DNA of 64,000 nucleotides, taken from NCBI GenBank assembly GCA_045635225.1, contig JAZRBV010000024.1, forward strand, positions 49,989 to 113,988, read 5' to 3'. Position numbers and translations under genes: made by a program. Positions within the stretch are counted from its first letter, which is position 1. The number at the start of each line of letters is the position of its first letter. Below the pieces are notes generated by a model. It was not told the DNA's origin and searched no databases. It saw only the letters and a list, made by a program, of their open reading frames with translations. Source of the stretch: Eubacteriales bacterium. Its GTDB lineage: Bacteria > Bacillota > Clostridia > Oscillospirales > CAG-272. Shown in pieces: positions 49,690 to 61,023 of the stretch.

Positions 49690-51350
49690 TATTTCTTATC
49701 CCTCGGGAAACTGTCCTTGAGTCCTACAATTCGATTGAAGGTATTATCATGCTTCGTGTCCTTAACAAAATAGCCGGTTCGGACGAACTGGAATCTCTCG
49801 CCTGCTACAGCGTCCGCAAGAGTCTGCTCGATCTTACAGCCGTCAAGGCGAGTAACGGAAGCGCGGTTAAGATAATCGTCGAAGGTCTTACCCTCGGGAA
49901 TATCGTTTACGTTCTCTATATCGAAGAGGAAATCGTAGAGCATAACGGTAGTATCCTTAGCATAATCAGAAGAAAGCCAATGAATCGTTCCCTTCACCTT
50001 TCTGCCGTCGGTGGGCATACCGTTTCCGGTCTCGAGGTCCGCGGTACAACGGATCTCGGTGACATTGCCGTCCGAATCCTTCACTATCTCGTTGCACTTA
50101 ACGATGTATGCACCCATAAGTCTGACCTCGCCGTCGGGCTTCATTCTAAAGAACTTAGGCGGAGGTACCTCGGCAAAGTCCTCACTGTCGATATAGAGCT
50201 CGCGTGTAAAGGGAACGCGTCTTGTTCCTGCGGTCTCGTCGTTCGGGTTATTGGAAACCTCAAAATACTCTACCTTATCCTCGGGGTAGTTGGTGATAAC
50301 AACCTTAATGGGATGAAGGATGGCTATCCTACGCTGTGCGGTCATATTGAGTTCTTCTCTGATGCAGTGCTCGAGAAGCTCGTAGTCGACGACGCTATAT
50401 GCCTTGGCAACACCTGCACGGGATACAAAATCAAATATGGATGCAGGTGTATAGCCTCTTCTGCGAAGACCGCAGAGGGTGGGCATTCTCGGGTCGTCCC
50501 AGCCGTCAACGAGACCCGTCTCGACAAGATTTCGGAGATATCGCTTCGACATAACTGTGTGAGTCACGTTGAGACGAGCAAACTCACGCTGCTTCGGCTT
50601 CTGCTCAAAGCCGATATTATCTATTACCCACTCATAGAGTGGACGGTGATTCTCAAACTCGATGGAGCAAAGAGAATGTGTGATACCCTCAAGAGCGTCC
50701 TGGATAGGATGCGCGTAATCGTAGAGGGGGTATATGCACCACTTATTGCCCTGTCTGTGATGGTCGGTATGAACTATTCTGTATATCGCGGGATCTCGCA
50801 GATTCATATTCGGAGACGCCATATCGATCTTGGCACGAAGGGTTTTGGTACCGTCCTCGAACTCGCCATTCTTCATTCTCTCAAACAGCTCTAGATTTTC
50901 CTCAACGCTTCTATCTCTGTACGGAGAGTTCTTGCCGGGCTCGGTAAGAGTGCCTCTGTATTCGCGCATCTCAGCAGAATTGAGGTCGCATACGTACGCC
51001 TTACCGTCCTTGATGAGCTGAACTGCAAACTCATAGCACTTATCAAAATAATCCGAGCCATAGAAAATGCCGCCGCTGGGCTCACAGCCAAGCCACTTCA
51101 GATCCTCGTAAATGCTCTCAACGTACTCGTTGTCTTCCTTTGCAGGGTTGGTATCATCATAGCGAAGATTGAAGAGACCACCGTATTTTTTAGCGGTATT
51201 GGCATTGATCCAAATAGCCTTGGCAGAGCCGATATGGAGATATCCGTTAGGCTCCGGTGGGAATCGGGTATGGATCTTTAGCTCGGGATTTTCCTTAAGA
51301 TCCTCGTCAATAATGTCATGAATGAAATTGTTTCTGAGTTCTTCCATCAT
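49689..51350 (-). CDS. glnS: Glutamine--tRNA ligase
   Basis: [36 protein letters not shown]. Confidence 0.95.
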   Translation of the reverse strand: MMEELRNNFIHDIIDEDLKENPELKIHTRFPPEPNGYLHIGSAKAIWINANTAKKYGGLFNLRYDDTNPAKEDNEYVESIYEDLKWLGCEPSGGIFYGSDYFDKCYEFAVQLIKDGKAYVCDLNSAEMREYRGTLTEPGKNSPYRDRSVEENLELFERMKNGEFEDGTKTLRAKIDMASPNMNLRDPAIYRIVHTDHHRQGNKWCIYPLYDYAHPIQDALEGITHSLCSIEFENHRPLYEWVIDNIGFEQKPKQREFARLNVTHTVMSKRYLRNLVETGLVDGWDDPRMPTLCGLRRRGYTPASIFDFVSRAGVAKAYSVVDYELLEHCIREELNMTAQRRIAILHPIKVVITNYPEDKVEYFEVSNNPNDETAGTRRVPFTRELYIDSEDFAEVPPPKFFRMKPDGEVRLMGAYIVKCNEIVKDSDGNVTEIRCTADLETGNGMPTDGRKVKGTIHWLSSDYAKDTTVMLYDFLFDIENVNDIPEGKTFDDYLNRASVTRLDGCKIEQTLADAVAGERFQFVRTGYFVKDTKHDNTFNRIVGLKDSFPRDKK

Positions 51351-51961
51351 AATATCCTTCTGTATTTATAGTCTGATTTGTATTCACCGACAGTAGTAGG
51401 AGCACCGTGTCCGCAATATAAGACGGTCGCATCGGAAAGGCGCGTCAGCAGAGTATCTATAGAGGCAAAAAGCTTGTCAGAGTCGCCGCTCGGGAGATCC
51501 CATCTGCCAAATCCGCCGCCCGCAAAGACCGTATCACCGACAAAAGCCACGTCGTCGCAAACGTATGTTAACGATCCGTCAGTATGACCCGGGCAAGAGA
51601 TAACGGTGAGCGTTGCGTCACCGAGTGATATATTATCGCCATCGCATACTGTACGATATTCTCCGTTGTAACCTCTATCAACGCCCAAAAACGGCTTATA
51701 GCAGTTGAGGTGAGCATCGCCGAGAAGCGTCGCATCGGAGACGGAAACTATCACCTCTGCCCCTAATGAGACCCATGCATCAATATCGAGCATATGATCA
51801 AAGTGAGCGTGGGTCAGAAGCACGTATCTCGGTGTAAGGTCGGGGTCAAGTCCGTCGGGCGGTGCCGATGGGTCGACGACAGCGCACTCACCGTTGGATA
51901 CGAGCATATACGTATTTGAAGAAAACGGATGATGTCCGTACAGTTTTTTAACCGTCAACAT
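51347..51961 (-). CDS. MBL-fold metallo-hydrolase
   Basis: THAHFDH, PGHT, GDT, GHG. Confidence 0.9.
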   Translation of the reverse strand: MLTVKKLYGHHPFSSNTYMLVSNGECAVVDPSAPPDGLDPDLTPRYVLLTHAHFDHMLDIDAWVSLGAEVIVSVSDATLLGDAHLNCYKPFLGVDRGYNGEYRTVCDGDNISLGDATLTVISCPGHTDGSLTYVCDDVAFVGDTVFAGGGFGRWDLPSGDSDKLFASIDTLLTRLSDATVLYCGHGAPTTVGEYKSDYKYRRIL

Positions 51962-52134
51962 AGTCGCTCCATATCTAATAATAACAAGTATAACATATTA
52001 TTTTCGAATTGTCTAGCATTTTCGCATAATTTCATCATAATTTCATCAACTTTTTTCGCGGATATCATAAACTGTGATTGGGTTCAGATTGAATCTTCAT
52101 TCCGTTCCAAATGGACGTCACGGAGGTAAAAAGG

Positions 52135-52359
52135 TTGAAGAAGATTATCATCACGGTAGGCGCCGTTACCTACGCAGTCAAGGCAAGAAGACTACTGAAG
52201 GCGGCAGGGGTAGAGTCGCGACTCGTAAAGGTTTCGCCGGAAAGGACACACAGTGGCTGTACACACGGCATAGAGATAAACGAATTAGACCTGTTCGCCG
52301 TAGCCGGAATCCTGCGCAAAGGCGGTATAAGCTACGCATTATATAACGAACAGAAATGA
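52135..52359 (+). CDS. DUF3343-like small protein
   Basis: TYAVKARRLL..SGC motif; TTG start after GGAGG; overlaps the start of the desulfurase gene. Confidence 0.65.
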   Translation: MKKIIITVGAVTYAVKARRLLKAAGVESRLVKVSPERTHSGCTHGIEINELDLFAVAGILRKGGISYALYNEQK

Positions 52360-53468
52360 TATATCTGGATAACGCAGCTACTACCTATCCGAAGCCGCGC
52401 TCGGTGATAAAAAAGCTGAATGCCTGCCTCCGAGAAGCTTGCGGAAACCCCGGAAGAAGCGGTCACGTACTATCGCTAATGGCAAGCGAGGAGATATACT
52501 CTGCCCGTGAGGCAGTCTCTGAGCTGATAGGTCATGATAAGCCGGAAACCGTGATATTTACCTACAACGCTACGCACGCGATAAATTTGGCGCTGAAAAG
52601 CTATATAACCGGACCTTGTCACGTTATATGCTCGGATATAGAGCACAACTCGGTAATAAGACCGCTTGAGGCAATGAAGGCAACGCACGGAATAAGTTAT
52701 TCCGTGTTTTCAAGCGACGGCGACATATACAAGAATATCTCCGAGCTCGTACGCGATGATACAGTATGTATAGTATCAACGCTTGCGTCAAACGTCACCG
52801 GACAGGAGATTGATATCGCCATTCTTTCCAGAGTAGCGAAAGACTATAAGTTATATTTGATCGTTGATGCTTCACAGGCAATAGGTCACAGGGATATTTC
52901 GGTAGCGCGTACACCCTGCGACGTTCTGGTGGCACCGTCGCACAAGGCACTCTTCGGCATTCAAGGGAGCGGATTCGCGGTTTTTCGCGAAGCAAAAAGG
53001 CGCAACAGCTTTATAGAGGGCGGAAGCGGCTCCGAAAGCAGGAATACAGAGATGCCATCCCTTCTACCCGAGGGATACGAGGCCGGAACACCGTCTACTC
53101 CGGCTATTGCGACGCTGGCAGAGGGAATAAAATTCGTACGAGAGATCGGTGTCAGAGAAATAGAGAAAAAGCTGAGCATGCTTACGTCGCTCGCGAAGGA
53201 GAGTATAAGTACAATAAACGGCGTAACGCTCTACGCAGCACGTAACGGTATAGTAACCTTTAACCTTGAAAAGTATTCATCGGCTTACGTGGCAAGAGAG
53301 CTGGATAAGAGCAGGATATGCGTAAGAGATGGTCTGCACTGTGCACCGTCGGCACATCGAAAGCTCGGTACAGAGGAGCGCGGCGCAATACGAGTATCAT
53401 TCTCCTATTTCAATACGGACGAGGATATATCGAAGCTCGTAAAAACCCTGAAAGAAATACAAAAATAA
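52356..53468 (+). CDS. Cysteine desulfurase-family PLP enzyme (class V aminotransferase)
   Basis: IYLDNAATT, NPGR, DASQ, SHK (PLP Lys), EAGT, RDGLHCAP. Confidence 0.9.
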   Translation: MIYLDNAATTYPKPRSVIKKLNACLREACGNPGRSGHVLSLMASEEIYSAREAVSELIGHDKPETVIFTYNATHAINLALKSYITGPCHVICSDIEHNSVIRPLEAMKATHGISYSVFSSDGDIYKNISELVRDDTVCIVSTLASNVTGQEIDIAILSRVAKDYKLYLIVDASQAIGHRDISVARTPCDVLVAPSHKALFGIQGSGFAVFREAKRRNSFIEGGSGSESRNTEMPSLLPEGYEAGTPSTPAIATLAEGIKFVREIGVREIEKKLSMLTSLAKESISTINGVTLYAARNGIVTFNLEKYSSAYVARELDKSRICVRDGLHCAPSAHRKLGTEERGAIRVSFSYFNTDEDISKLVKTLKEIQK

Positions 53469-53469
53469 C

Positions 53470-53508
53470 GAGGGGGTGCCTCAAATGCAAAATTTGAGAC
53501 ACCCCCTC
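53470..53508. terminator. Palindrome between convergent genes
   Basis: 17-bp arms, one mismatch: GAGGGGGTGCCTCAAAT / ATTTGAGACACCCCCTC. Confidence 0.6.
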
Positions 53509-53550
53509 ATTGATAGTTAACAGAGCTAATATTCCACAGCTACTATTACG

Positions 53551-54063
53551 TTACGTATTTTGCTTCATTAGCGCCTCAAGCTTATCGATAAGTATGGCGC
53601 GATATCTCGAATAGGCGCTTCCGTTACAGCTGACGGTAAAGTCGGCGTATTTTTCGAAAAGCGGCGCACGTTCCCTGTACAGATCGACCAGAGTATATCC
53701 ATCCTTAAGTACTATGCCGCGCTTGGAATAATCGCCCAATCGCTCAGTAAGCACCTCGGGTGTAATATAGAGATAGACAACGGGACCCCTCTGCTTGAAT
53801 TTTTGCATAACGCTATCATAATAGACTGCACTGCCACCCGGCGCGAATACTATATTATCCTCATCTACAGAGAGAAGTATCTCCTCCTCCAGCTTTTTAA
53901 AAGCGTCTCTGCCATCCTCGGTAATTATGCTATGTAGCTCCCGTCCGGTGACCTGCTCTATAAGCTTGTCACCGTCGAGAAATTTCATCTTGAATCTACG
54001 GGCGATTATCTTGCCCATGCAGCTTTTTCCTGCACCCGGCATGCCTATCAATGTAATGATCAT
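53551..54063 (-). CDS. aroK: Shikimate kinase
   Basis: GMPGAGKS, DGD, GGS, ER.PLFEKYAD. Confidence 0.88.
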   Translation of the reverse strand: MIITLIGMPGAGKSCMGKIIARRFKMKFLDGDKLIEQVTGRELHSIITEDGRDAFKKLEEEILLSVDEDNIVFAPGGSAVYYDSVMQKFKQRGPVVYLYITPEVLTERLGDYSKRGIVLKDGYTLVDLYRERAPLFEKYADFTVSCNGSAYSRYRAILIDKLEALMKQNT

Positions 54064-54073
54064 TTTATACTCC

Positions 54074-55999
54074 TTATACCGTTAACGATACCGTTTTTAC
54101 GTCGGTGGATTTGAAAACGTCGGCCGACATAGCCGGAAGTGCAAAGTCGCGCGACTCAAGTCCTGAGATTAGTGAAATACATATGCCGTCAAAATTGACG
54201 ACGATGGGAATATCTGAATTATTAAACACTGTGATATAAATCAACGCACCGAGGCGCCGTATGAATACCATGAATTTATCCGTTAATGCTATTATGCGAA
54301 AGCTTCCCTGCCCAAACACGGGGTTTTCACGGCGCAAGGCGCCAAGGTGCTTATAATGCGAGAGGAGCTCTCTAGATTCCCTACCCCACGGATAAGGCAT
54401 GCGGTTGAATGGGTCAGCGTATCCCTCAAGGCCGGCCTCGTCACCGTAGTACACCGTCGGAATGCCCGGCAAGGTATAAAGCACCGTCGACAGAGCCTTG
54501 AGACGGCGAATAGCCTTGGTGCGCTCCCGAGGGGTCAGGCGCGTCGATACGAGCTGTGAGTTGTCGTCACTTTGTAACGGATCACCGAGCAGCGTCAGTA
54601 TCCTCTCGGTATCGTGTGAACCGAGCAGATTCATCTGCATATGCATAACCTGCTCCGGTGCGTTTGGGATAACCTCGTAAAGCGCATAGCGGAGAGTGTC
54701 AGTGCGCTTTTTGATAACGTAATCAAGAAGTCCGGTTCGCAACGGATAGTTCATAACTCCGTCAAGCTGATCCCCAAGATAATATCGTCGACGTCTGCCA
54801 TAGGCAAGCTTATTCGATGCATCCTCCCAGACCTCGCCGTAAAGAACGTAATCTCCGTTTTTACTCATAACGTGAGCAACGCCCTCGATAAACTCGTCGG
54901 AAAGCTCGTCTGCAACATCGAGTCTCCAGCCATAGATACCAAGCTTGCGATAATGATCGATAACTCCGTTGTCGCCTAGAAAATATCGCTTGCAGTCGCG
55001 AATGCTTGTGTTAATTCGTGGCAGAATATCAATTCCCCACCAACATTCGTATTTATCCGGATACTCACGAAAGCTATACCATGGGTAGTACGGAGACTCT
55101 GTAGATTGATACGCTCCCGGGGATGGGTAGCTCCCCTCGCGGTTAAAGTAGATGCTGTCAGCACCCGTGTGATTGAAGACACCGTCGAGTATAATCTTAA
55201 TATTTCTATATCCCGCCTCACGTATAAGAGAACAGAGTGCCGCTTCTCCGCCAAAGCCGGGATCAACGGTCATATAATCCGCAGTATCGTATTTATGATT
55301 AGACGGTGACGAAAAAATCGGGCTTAAATATATTGCCGTCGTACCGAGAGAGGCGATATGATCGAGTTTATCAATAACCCCGTACAGGCTACCGCCATAG
55401 AAGGTGTTATTCTTGATGGGTGCACCTCGGTATGCCGGATACTCCGGTATGACTTTCCACTCACCTCCTATAAGTTTGTCAGAGGATCTGCGCGACATAT
55501 TCACAGAGGCACGGGAAAACCTGTCGACGAAAACGTGGTAGATCACACCGCCAACAATCGCATGCTCACGTTCCTCGGATTTGTACACGGTCAGCTGTGG
55601 GAGACCTATATTTGGCATTTCGTACGAGAACGCGATCTCACCGTCATGTTTAATAATATACACTATTCCGAAAAAAGTGTCAAGAGTAATAGCAAAAAAA
55701 TATAATCCTACCCCTATTGTTTTTTTATTTATTGCTATTTTATACTCGTCATACCCCGCGGACATCTCTCTCCAAAGTGCCTCTCCGGAATATACAACAG
55801 CTCCGAGATCTTCACTGTAGAGATCAAATTCGACACTACGTGTACCAAGAGTGCGTGGCAAGAAGATCGAGAGCTCGACCGTTTCGTCACTTCGGTATGC
55901 GCCACAGTTGCAGTCTGTAGCATGTCTGTATTCAAGACTTCCTCTCAAGCGGCGTATAGAGTTGGCATCGGCAAGGTGCCCCATTATACTCTTCATCAT
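54074..55999 (-). CDS. GH13 alpha-glucan hydrolase (neopullulanase/amylopullulanase-like)
   Basis: SNHKYD, DGVFNH, RLDVADE, GEVWE, GSHD; ATGA overlap with glgP stop. Confidence 0.88.
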   Translation of the reverse strand: MMKSIMGHLADANSIRRLRGSLEYRHATDCNCGAYRSDETVELSIFLPRTLGTRSVEFDLYSEDLGAVVYSGEALWREMSAGYDEYKIAINKKTIGVGLYFFAITLDTFFGIVYIIKHDGEIAFSYEMPNIGLPQLTVYKSEEREHAIVGGVIYHVFVDRFSRASVNMSRRSSDKLIGGEWKVIPEYPAYRGAPIKNNTFYGGSLYGVIDKLDHIASLGTTAIYLSPIFSSPSNHKYDTADYMTVDPGFGGEAALCSLIREAGYRNIKIILDGVFNHTGADSIYFNREGSYPSPGAYQSTESPYYPWYSFREYPDKYECWWGIDILPRINTSIRDCKRYFLGDNGVIDHYRKLGIYGWRLDVADELSDEFIEGVAHVMSKNGDYVLYGEVWEDASNKLAYGRRRRYYLGDQLDGVMNYPLRTGLLDYVIKKRTDTLRYALYEVIPNAPEQVMHMQMNLLGSHDTERILTLLGDPLQSDDNSQLVSTRLTPRERTKAIRRLKALSTVLYTLPGIPTVYYGDEAGLEGYADPFNRMPYPWGRESRELLSHYKHLGALRRENPVFGQGSFRIIALTDKFMVFIRRLGALIYITVFNNSDIPIVVNFDGICISLISGLESRDFALPAMSADVFKSTDVKTVSLTV

Positions 56000-58449
56000 T
56001 TGATCACAGGCCTTACGTGCCATATTTCATCACAGTATTTACGCGTGCTGACATCGGATGAAAATCTACCCGAGGTCGCTATATTGATAAGCGACTTTTC
56101 GGCCCAGATGCGCGTATTCTGATAGTCATTTATTACCGCCTCATATGCGTGCAGATAACTGTCGAAATCGGCAAGGCACATAAATGGGTCGGCAACTCTT
56201 CCACCTCGCAAAAGATATTCCGCGATAAAAGAGAAGTCTTCCCCGCCTATCCTTGTGCCCAGTGCATCGACCGTGCGACGTGCGCGCTCGCTACGGCGAT
56301 AGAAGGAATAGGAATTGTACCCGCTGTGCCACAGCTCGTCTACCTCTGACGCATGCATACCGAAAATATATATATTATCCGCACCGCACGACTCGGCGAT
56401 CTCGACGTTGGCACCGTCAAGCGTACCGAGCGTTACCGCGCCGTTCATCATAAGCTTCATACAACCCGTACCGCTTGCCTCTTTTCCTGCAAGTGATATC
56501 TGCTCGGATATATCAGCTGCAGGTATGAGTATCTCTGCGGTTGATACGTTATAATCCTCAAGGAAGCAAAGGCGCATTACCTCACGCGTTTTTGGATTGT
56601 TCTCGAGCTCGCGTGATAGACAAACCAAAAGCTTGATAAGCTTTTTTGCCATATCGTATCCGGGTGCCGCCTTACAGCCGAATATATAGGTCTCAGGTGT
56701 CGGGTCCTTTATAACTCCGTCGCATATATCAAGATAGCGTGAGATTATCTTCATGGCGTTGAGCAGTTGCCTTTTATATTCGTGCATACGCTTGATCTGC
56801 ACGTCAAATACACTCTCGGGGTCTATACTGATACCGTGGCGTCTCATTGCATATTCAGCAAATTTATGCTTGTTATTTTTCTTCACGCAGGCAAGATCGG
56901 AAAGCAGTTCGGAATCATCTGCATGATTCAAAAGCTCGGAAAGCAGTGTTGGATCACGTCTGTATCCATCACCTATTGTGCGGTCGATCAGAGATGCAAG
57001 CTCAGGATTCGACTCGAGAAGCCACCTGCGATGAGTTACGCCGTTGGTGACGTTAGTAAACTTCCATGGCGTCATCTTATAAAAATCGTGAAATACCGTC
57101 TTTTTCAAAATGTCGCTGTGCAGCATCGAGACACCGTTGACCGAATGCGATGCGACGACCGAGAGGTTAGCCATTCTGATCTGTCCGTATGCCACGACCG
57201 ACATTCCTGAGATCCTATCCCAATCACCCGGATACAAATCCCACAGATCTGCTGTAAAGCGACGATTGATCTCCCGCACTATCATATATATTCGCGGAAG
57301 TTTGATAGAAAAAAGATCCTCACGCCAGCACTCGAGAGCCTCCGGCAAAACAGTATGATTCGTATAGGAAACGGTGCGCACGACGATCGCCCACGCCGCA
57401 TCCCACGAATAAGAATAAACGTCCATCAATATACGCATAAGCTCCGGTATGCAAAGCGCCGGATGAGTATCATTGATATGAATAGCAATTCCGTCGGCAA
57501 TTCCGTCAAGCGTACCGTGCTCGGCCAGATAGTCGGCAATTATGCTTTGAAGCGATGCCGAAACAAGAAGATACTGCTGAGATAGGCGCAGAAGCTTACC
57601 CTCGTCATAGTTATCCGGAGGATACAACTGTCTCGTTATCATCTCAGGACCCGCGTTACCCGTAAGACGGACATAATTCTCCTGGCGCTCAGGCGGCGCG
57701 TTAGTGGAGTGTGGAGCGGTAGCTCGCCAGAGCCGTATGGTATTTATCGCACCGTTACGGTAACCGGGTATCATAAGGTCGTACGGTACGGCTATCACCT
57801 CGTCGTAATCCAGGTGCGTGACCGAATGCGATCCACCGGTCCAATTCTCAATTATTCTGCCGCCAAAGCGCACTCTTACAGATCTATCGGTTTTCGGCAC
57901 AAGCCTCTCACCGCCGATCGGCAACCAGACATCGGGGAGCTCAATCTGCTCACCGTCGATTATGCGTTGCTTAAAAAGCCCGTTTTCATAAAGCAACGAA
58001 TACCCGCTCGCCAAATATCCAAGCGACGTCAGCGACTCCATAAAGCACGCGGCGAGTCTACCGAGACCGCCGTTACCAAGTCCGGGGTCAGGCTCAGCCG
58101 AAAAAACGCGATCAAAGGTTGTGCCGAAATCTAGAAGCGCATCTGAAAGCGCGGGATACAGACCGAGATTTGCGCTATCGGAACGAAGACCGCGTCCCAC
58201 AAGAAATTCCATGCAAAGATATGCAACCTTCTTTACACCGACGGATCTTGCACGTCTTTCGAATCGATCTCGGTTCTCGGTCATTATATCCTTAATTACT
58301 CCGCAACAGGCGAAGTACATCTCTTCATCCGTCGCGCTTTCAGCACTATAGATTCCCTTCGATGCCAGCTTAGATACCAGCTTATCCTTGATATCTATTT
58401 TGTTCAATAACGGACAACCATCTCCCTGACGCATGACGCCATCAATCAT
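55996..58449 (-). CDS. glgP: Glycogen phosphorylase
   Basis: GLGNGGLGRLAACF, INDTHP, TNHT, KRMHEYKRQ, EASGTGCMK (PLP Lys). Confidence 0.95.
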   Translation of the reverse strand: MIDGVMRQGDGCPLLNKIDIKDKLVSKLASKGIYSAESATDEEMYFACCGVIKDIMTENRDRFERRARSVGVKKVAYLCMEFLVGRGLRSDSANLGLYPALSDALLDFGTTFDRVFSAEPDPGLGNGGLGRLAACFMESLTSLGYLASGYSLLYENGLFKQRIIDGEQIELPDVWLPIGGERLVPKTDRSVRVRFGGRIIENWTGGSHSVTHLDYDEVIAVPYDLMIPGYRNGAINTIRLWRATAPHSTNAPPERQENYVRLTGNAGPEMITRQLYPPDNYDEGKLLRLSQQYLLVSASLQSIIADYLAEHGTLDGIADGIAIHINDTHPALCIPELMRILMDVYSYSWDAAWAIVVRTVSYTNHTVLPEALECWREDLFSIKLPRIYMIVREINRRFTADLWDLYPGDWDRISGMSVVAYGQIRMANLSVVASHSVNGVSMLHSDILKKTVFHDFYKMTPWKFTNVTNGVTHRRWLLESNPELASLIDRTIGDGYRRDPTLLSELLNHADDSELLSDLACVKKNNKHKFAEYAMRRHGISIDPESVFDVQIKRMHEYKRQLLNAMKIISRYLDICDGVIKDPTPETYIFGCKAAPGYDMAKKLIKLLVCLSRELENNPKTREVMRLCFLEDYNVSTAEILIPAADISEQISLAGKEASGTGCMKLMMNGAVTLGTLDGANVEIAESCGADNIYIFGMHASEVDELWHSGYNSYSFYRRSERARRTVDALGTRIGGEDFSFIAEYLLRGGRVADPFMCLADFDSYLHAYEAVINDYQNTRIWAEKSLINIATSGRFSSDVSTRKYCDEIWHVRPVIK

Positions 58450-58451
58450 AA

Positions 58452-59879
58452 TTATGCGCTCCTCCCACGAATGAGTTCAAGATAGATTTCAATATACCTT
58501 TTTGCCGACTTATCCCAGGAAAAATCCGAATTTATAGCAGATAAAACAAGGCAGTTCCATATTTTCTTATCTTGATATACTTGAATGGCACGCTCTACGG
58601 CAGCAAGCATTTCGTGCGCGTTATAGTTATCAAACATAAAGCCGTTAGCACCTTCCTCGCCGTATGGCACGATCGTATCCCTGAGGCCTCCGACGGCGCG
58701 CACTATCGGCACGGTACCGTATGCACAGGCTATCATCTGCGCAAGACCGCAGGGTTCGCTACGAGACGGCATAAGAAGCATATCGGCGGATGCGTATATC
58801 CTCTTTGAAAGTGCTCTGTCAAATTCTATCATAGCGATGAAATTTTCGTGTGATGCGTCAATACTCCGAAGACTCGACTCGTAATCAGGTCTCCCCGTGC
58901 CTAGGATGACGAGCTGAATATCGAGTGAAAGAAGCTCCTCTATAACACCGAGCAGGAGATCTATTCCCTTACCCTCGGCAAGGCGCGTCACCATACATAT
59001 TATCGGCGATGACGTTTCCCGCAACCCCAGCTCACGTCGCAAAGCAGCTTTATTATGTCGCTTTCCTACGATTACGTCAGCCTTTCCGTAATTCTCTGCA
59101 ATATACGGATCGCGTTCCGGCGAGAACGCCATATAATCTATTCCGTTTACTATACCCCGCATTTTCTCTCTCGCGGATCGGATGATCGGTGAAAGTCCAA
59201 AGGAAAAATAGTCGTAATAAAGCTCGGTCGCATAACTTTCGCTGACTGTAGTAACGAAATCGGCGGTAACTATAGCCGCCTTCATAAGATTGATGCAGCC
59301 GTCGTATTCCAAAACACCAAAATAGCGCTCCGGTATCCCGAAAACATCAACAAGTAGCGAAAGAGGCACCTTCCCCTGATATTCTATATTGTGTATTGTG
59401 AATACCGTTCTCACATCTGATAGGAGTGCACCGCGCTCTCGCACCGTACGTAGATACACGATGCTCAGCGCGGCGTGCCAATCGTTAGCATGCAGAATAT
59501 CAGGAATATCACCCGATGCAAGCATGTATTCGATCACCGCACGTGAGAAAAATGCAAATCGCTCTGCGTCGTCGTACTCTCCGTATAACCTCGAGCGTCC
59601 GAAATAATAAGAGTTTTCGATAAAATAATACTCTACGTTCGCTTTCTTTAGAACGTACACCGATGCACCGGTACTTCTCCAGGAAAGATTAAAGGTAAGG
59701 TCGGTGAGATGCTGCATTTCACGCCGATATTCGTCTCGTATGGTATTATAATACGGCAGAAAAACGGCGGTGCTCACTCCCAGCCTCCCTATCTCGGCAG
59801 GAAGAGCCCCCATTACGTCGCCAAGCCCTCCGCTCATAGCATATGGTGATACCTCACTCGTAACGTAAAAAACTCTCAT
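58452..59879 (-). CDS. glgA: Glycogen synthase
   Basis: SGGLGDV, HANDWH, TIHNIEYQG, RL..KG, EPCGL. Confidence 0.93.
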   Translation of the reverse strand: MRVFYVTSEVSPYAMSGGLGDVMGALPAEIGRLGVSTAVFLPYYNTIRDEYRREMQHLTDLTFNLSWRSTGASVYVLKKANVEYYFIENSYYFGRSRLYGEYDDAERFAFFSRAVIEYMLASGDIPDILHANDWHAALSIVYLRTVRERGALLSDVRTVFTIHNIEYQGKVPLSLLVDVFGIPERYFGVLEYDGCINLMKAAIVTADFVTTVSESYATELYYDYFSFGLSPIIRSAREKMRGIVNGIDYMAFSPERDPYIAENYGKADVIVGKRHNKAALRRELGLRETSSPIICMVTRLAEGKGIDLLLGVIEELLSLDIQLVILGTGRPDYESSLRSIDASHENFIAMIEFDRALSKRIYASADMLLMPSRSEPCGLAQMIACAYGTVPIVRAVGGLRDTIVPYGEEGANGFMFDNYNAHEMLAAVERAIQVYQDKKIWNCLVLSAINSDFSWDKSAKRYIEIYLELIRGRSA

Positions 59880-61006
59880 ATTCTGCGTCCCCTCTGTATA
59901 TAAAAAGGCATATTCAAACTGCCTGTAAGCATTGTACCACGCGATATCGAAACATCCTTATCCGTGACGATAGAACAAAGTCGTGCACCACTCATCACGT
60001 GCGTCCCCGAAAAGAGCACGGAGTTTTCAACAACTGCACCGCGTTCTACAGTGACTCCTCTGAAAAGGATAGAGTTTTTAACCGTACCATCGATAATGCA
60101 ATCGTCGGCTATAATGGAATTTCCGACTGATGCAGACTCCGAATATCTCGTGGGTGCAGAGCTGTGCACTCTGGTATATATCGGCCTTCTGCGGCATTCA
60201 AAAAGTGATTCGAAAGCTGCGTTATCCGAGACGAGCTCCATTGAGCATCTATAATAATCCAGAAAACTAGACACGGTAGCTATATAACCGCCAAAGGTGT
60301 AGGATCTAATACCTATCTCACGATAGGTACGCATAAGATAGGACGTCAAGCTATCGAAGCCGTATGCTGTTGCCTCATCGAGTATCTTACGTAAAAAAAT
60401 TGTTTTAACAATCAAGATACCGATCGAGAGTTCCGGATCGGAGGGTACGTAGTGTGAAGACATTGCAAGGTCGCAAACGATACCGTCGTTTGAGGCAACC
60501 ATAAGGCGTGAATTTTTCGAAGAGAAATCCTCTGAAAGCTTCTTAGTAACGAGAATGATGCTTCCACCCGACGCCTCAAGCTGCGAGATCACGTCATTGA
60601 TATCAATATTCAATACGTTATCGGAATCCATGATAACGAAATATTCCTCTTTCGCGGAATCTATCACCGCCCGCATCTCACGAAGCGCCTCGAGATGAGT
60701 GGAAAACATTCTTCCCTCGCCTCGACTGACCGATGACTGAAACGGTGAGATGAAATTGATGCCTCCTTGTCGGCGTGCGAGATCCCAATGCTTTCCGCTT
60801 CCTATGTGCGAAAGCAACGAGCGGTAATTATAATTGACAATAACGCTGATATTGGAAATACCTGCGTTCACCATATTTGAAAGTCCAAAATCCACCAGCC
60901 TGTACCGAGCGGCAAACGGTATAGCTGCAACCGTCCTGTCGGTCGTCAAACGCGAATGCGTGTTGGAATTAAGGCTGGAGAAAATAATACCTGCAGCTCT
61001 TGTCAT
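59876..61006 (-). CDS. glgD: ADP-glucose pyrophosphorylase subunit GlgD
   Basis: AIPFAARYRLVDF.LSNMVN, HIGSGKHWDL; hexapeptide C-terminus. Confidence 0.9.
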   Translation of the reverse strand: MTRAAGIIFSSLNSNTHSRLTTDRTVAAIPFAARYRLVDFGLSNMVNAGISNISVIVNYNYRSLLSHIGSGKHWDLARRQGGINFISPFQSSVSRGEGRMFSTHLEALREMRAVIDSAKEEYFVIMDSDNVLNIDINDVISQLEASGGSIILVTKKLSEDFSSKNSRLMVASNDGIVCDLAMSSHYVPSDPELSIGILIVKTIFLRKILDEATAYGFDSLTSYLMRTYREIGIRSYTFGGYIATVSSFLDYYRCSMELVSDNAAFESLFECRRRPIYTRVHSSAPTRYSESASVGNSIIADDCIIDGTVKNSILFRGVTVERGAVVENSVLFSGTHVMSGARLCSIVTDKDVSISRGTMLTGSLNMPFYIQRGRRI

Positions 61007-61023
61007 TTTCTTACCTCCGATCC

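Noticed and set aside
49689-51350. glnS in a Firmicute as a sign of recent transfer
   Set aside because: GlnRS is common in clostridia and the codon usage here looks native
59820-59850. GlgA lacks the Lys of KxGGL (MSGGL)
   Set aside because: Such variants occur in clostridial GlgA; other catalytic motifs and the operon are intact
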